Source: Piromyces finnis finn
Lineage: Eukaryota; Fungi; Neocallimastigomycota
Length of the DNA stretch: 64,000 bases
NCBI GenBank assembly: GCA_002104945.1
Contig: MCFH01000032.1
Location: 310,001 to 374,000, forward strand
Reading direction: 5' to 3'
Shown: one piece after another, positions 59,601 through 64,000 of the stretch
Layout of the letters: every line of letters starts with the position of its first letter
Position numbering within the stretch: the first letter of the stretch is position 1
Made by a program: the position numbers and the translations under genes
The notes under the pieces: model-generated
Told to the model about the DNA's origin: nothing
Database searches by the model: none
Seen by the model: only the letters and a program-made list of their open reading frames with translations

Positions 59601-60700
59601 TTTTTTTCCTTTTTCCATAAAAAAAAAATTCAATTATTTTATTATTTGGCATAGCAGTAGCACCATCAAAAAAGAAAATTAATAATTATGTATCAAGGGC
59701 AAAAGAAGATCAACACCAACATGGCAGTAAAAATACAATCAAGGTGATTAAAAAAAATGCTTCAGAAGATTCAAAAGATATTCAAAATACTCATACATTG
59801 AAAAAGTCAACAACAGCAGCAGCAACAACTACAAATCATAAGAAAATAATAAATAAAAAGAAAGAAACCCATCCCACGACAAATAAAGTATCATCTATAG
59901 GAAAGGGAACAACGGCAACAACAATATCATCAAAATCAAAATATAAAAATCAAAATCAAAAATTAAAAAATAATGTATCAAATACAAGAAATTTTATGCA
60001 TTCTTCATCTTCTTCAGAAACATCATCGATATCATCCCTTTATGATGATTATTCAACAACAACAACAACAACAACAAGTTTATTCCTCTCAACTCATCAT
60101 TCTAAAACAATACATCCTAAATATTCATCAAAACATGCTCATAATAAATTCATTCATCATAACATTCCTCAACATGCATATTCTACCCCTGCCACAAAAA
60201 CTTTTAATCATCCACAATTCAAACTATCTAGTGATCATAGTAGTATGTATGAACCATCAAATTATTCAACTTCTTCCTCACCTTCACCTTCACCCTCCTC
60301 CTCCTCTTTCATATCCTCTATCTATTCATCACAAAGCATATCTCGAATACCTAGGAAAAAAAAATCTACCCTTCCTTCAAATCTTTACCTATCATCCACT
60401 TTTTCTACCTCGACCTCATCTTTTATGGATTCAACTCCATCTGATTCTACTCCATCATCATCATCATCTATTTCATTATGTTCAACTTGTTTTGGTGATG
60501 ATAAATATCAAAATTCAAATTATATATCTCCTCCTTCTTCTCGACAACAACATCATCATAACAGAAAATATTCTTCTTCTTCTTCTTCTTCTTCTTATCA
60601 TTCTACTTCTCTATCTTCTTCTACCCATATCATAGAAGAGGATTTTTCTGAATCTTTCTATTCTTCTTATATTTCTTCTACTTTATCGCGACATCGATAA
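53663..60700 (+). CDS. Large acidic low-complexity protein of unknown function, multi-exon
   Basis: First exon 53663-57239 (D/E/N/S-rich). An in-frame phase-1 junction leads to exon 57395-57864, then a phase-0 junction to an exon at 58103. Later exons are uncertain; the terminal S/T/H-rich ORF is 59744-60700. No globular domain is recognised. Confidence 0.65.
55062..55338 (+). repeat. Coding 72-bp (24-aa) tandem repeat SLKSNSGSSENGQYDDSFESIHNK, ~3.8 copies
   Basis: Unit starts at 55062 and 55134 (72 bp apart) and continues with near identity. Confidence 0.92.
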
Positions 60701-61254
60701 TTATATCTTTTTTTTTTAATAATTATCATTATTTATTATTTAAGTTTTTTTTTTAAAAAAAAAATAATTGATATATTGTTTTAGATTTTAAAGATTACAA
60801 ATATATATATTAATATATCTATAAGCATAAGCGAGATCAAATTTTTAATAACTTTAAATAAATTTTTATTAATAATTAATAGATTTATAAATATATATAA
60901 TTCTTTATATTTAAAATATTATTAAAAAAGTAAAATAAAAATGTAGAGGCGTACATGATATATACGATCTGTATTATAGGTATTATGCGTTAAAAAAAAA
61001 AGAATTATAATTAATTCTAAATGAAAAAAAAAAAAAAAGTTTTCAATCAAAAATAGTTCTCTTAATTATAAATTATATATAATATATTAAATATAATGAT
61101 GATATATTAAAAAAAAAAAAACGAAAAAATTATCTCTAAAGATGAAAATGTTAGAATAATTATTTTTAAATTTTTAATAACAAAATGTTTATACTATTAT
61201 AGCATAAGAAAAAAGTTTTATTAATAATTATCTATAAAATGATGAAATTCTACC

Positions 61255-61606
61255 ATCATCATTATCATCATCATTATTATTATTATTAGTAGTAGTAGTA
61301 GTAGTAGTAATAGTAATAGTAATAGTAATAGTAATAGTAATAGTAATAGTAATAGTAATAGTAATAGTAAATAGTAATAGTAATAGTAATAGTAATAGTA
61401 ATAGTAATAGTAATAGTAATAGTAATAGTAATAGTAATAGAAATAGTAATAGTAATAGTAATAGTAATAGTAATAGTAATAGTAATAGTAATAGTAATAG
61501 TAATAGTAATAGTAATAGTAATAGTAATAGTAATAGTAATAGTAATAGTAATAGTAATAGTAATAGTAATAGTAATAGTAATAGTAATAGTAATAGTAAT
61601 AGTAAT
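61255..61606. repeat. Compound microsatellite (TCA)n(TTA)n(TAG)n grading into ~50 x TAATAG
   Basis: Direct reading of the sequence. Confidence 0.95.
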
Positions 61607-63431
61607 ATTTATTATTATTGTTATAATTATTATTATTATTATTTATTTTTACTAAAATTAATTTGCATATAAATTTCGTTTTCCTTGATTTTCTTTCCGC
61701 CTTTTATTATTATATAAAAAGGTATATTGTCCTTTTTATTTCATAGTAGACGTTTTTTTAAAAAAAAAAAAAGTTTAACCTTGTATCACAATAGACTTTT
61801 TTATATAAATTAAAATTATATAGTATTAATGATGAAAAAACGATAAAATGTAAAAAAAAAAAAAAAAAAAGAATATATATATTCCGAGCTTATTTCGAAC
61901 CGTTAAAAAAGGATACAAAAAAAAAACTTCATTAATAATAATGTTGATGTATTATGTTTTTTAGATGAGAAATTCATTGTTATATTCCTTTTTTTAAAAA
62001 AAGGAAAATCTTTTATTTTAAAATATTATTTAAAAAGGAATATATCAAAAATTCTCAAGTAATTATTGATTCTTTACCTTTTCATATTTTCATTAATTCT
62101 CTAAAATAAAATAAAATATAAAAAAGCCCTTTTTTTTAATTAGTGAAATACATAAAAATAGATTATACTGATTATTCGAGATAATAAATATTCAAATTTC
62201 ATATGTTGAAAAAAAAACTTTATATTATGTAAATTTGTTGCTTGCTTAATTAGCCATATCTACTAAACTTTATTTTCGAAAAATTCCAGATATATATATA
62301 TTATATATTTATACTATTTGGATATTTATAGGAACATTTAATTGAATATCCTTTTTTTTATATAAACTATATTTGTATTTCTTTTTTTTCTTTCTAACTG
62401 TTTTGATTTGGGTATAAGCCATTGTTTTATGAAAGTTAAAAAGAAATTTTAAAAGTATTAAAAATGTATTTTCAAAATATAAAAGATAACTTTAATGTTT
62501 CTTTATTCTCACTTTTTTCAAAAAATTAAGAAAAAAATTGTTATATTATTTAATTTGGGTGTTTTTTTTATTTATTTATTTTTTATTTTTTACATAAATT
62601 GTTACCCTTTTTTTCTTTTCTTTTCAAGACATGAATGGAAACAAATAAAGAATAAAAAAAAACAATTAAATGATTTTTTTTATTAAAACTTTAAAAATAA
62701 TCGGAAATGCCAATAAAATATATAAAAAAAAAAAAGAAAAAAAACAAAATAATTAGAAAAATAATTAGAAAATCTGTTAATAAAAGTAATCATAATAATA
62801 ATAATTTTGGTATTAATAAACTTTCTTTGATAACATTTTATTAGAATGTAAAATAAATGGTTTCTATTATTTTTTGCTTAACCTTATTTCTTTCTATTTC
62901 TATTATGTTGTAGTATGACTACCTGTTGTGATATACTATATTTTTTTTAAAAAAATAATTCATCAATACATTACTTTTAAAATTTAGAAATAATTTATAT
63001 ACCATTTGGTTATTTGGTTTACTACATAATGTGTTTTAATTATAAAAGAAAGTATAAAAGATTCGTTATCATTATCGTATATTATAGTAAGAAAAAACTC
63101 TTTTTTTTATTATTATTATCATTATTATAATCATTATTAGTTTTTAAATTTTTAAAAAAAGTTTTAAAGCAATTAAAGTTTGTATTATTCAGAAAAAGAA
63201 GAAAAAGCTTTTTTGTCCTTTTTTTTTTTTAATTATTATTTATATAAAGATATTAAAGAAGAACTAATAATGATTGCACCGTTCAACTATTTTTGCCATT
63301 TTTTTTTTCTTCAATAAAACTAATAATAATAAAAAAGCTTAAAAAAAAAAAAGACAAAAATAAATTTCTTTATTTCTCCATGACGATTATAATAAAATTA
63401 AAGTAAATGGATTCATTTTATTTATAGTATA

Positions 63432-63464
<33 letters not shown>

Positions 63465-63714
63465 GAATAGGAAAATGAAAATGGAAAAGGAGATGATTTT
63501 ATGAATTATAAAAAGTCATCCTAATTCTATAATTACTTTTAAAAAAAAAATAATTGACATCATTTTAACTATAACACCAAAAGTGATCAATAAAATTCGT
63601 TTCGTTTCATTTCATTGATAATTAAAAATAGTTGTTATATATAAAAGCACATTTACTAATAGCAATAGTTAATAATAAAAAATTAATAACAATAATAATA
63701 AATAAATAATAACA

Positions 63715-64000
<286 letters not shown>

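Overview
Very AT-rich eukaryotic DNA with short GT-AG introns, long homopolymers and Asn/Ser-rich ORFs. This most resembles an anaerobic gut fungus (Neocallimastigomycota); the assignment is inferred from composition only. Bases 1-~36,200 are a nest of retroelements that can be unpicked using five exact 5-bp target-site duplications. It contains at least three Ty3/gypsy LTR families, including one intact 6.2-kb element with a 1530-aa Gag-Pol and one full-length chromovirus. It also holds three solo LTRs, a decayed Ty1/copia element, a Gag-like ORF split by an insertion, and an APE/RT LINE. The LTR families lack a tRNA primer-binding site; their PBS is complementary to their own R-start, and the two sites co-vary between families (Tf1-type self-priming). 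Buried in the nest is a degenerate, intronless family-B DNA polymerase N-terminal/3'-5' exonuclease fragment (~18.9-20.0 kb) that looks unlike a retroelement or a conserved host Pol delta and may be a large-DNA-virus relic. Bases ~36,800-60,700 carry three host genes: a G3BP/Nxt3-like NTF2-RRM gene, a giant Sel1-repeat protein, and an acidic low-complexity protein with a reiterated Y-x-D/E-D/E-S-F-E motif. The window ends in long microsatellites. No CRISPR array, rRNA or tRNA gene is supported.
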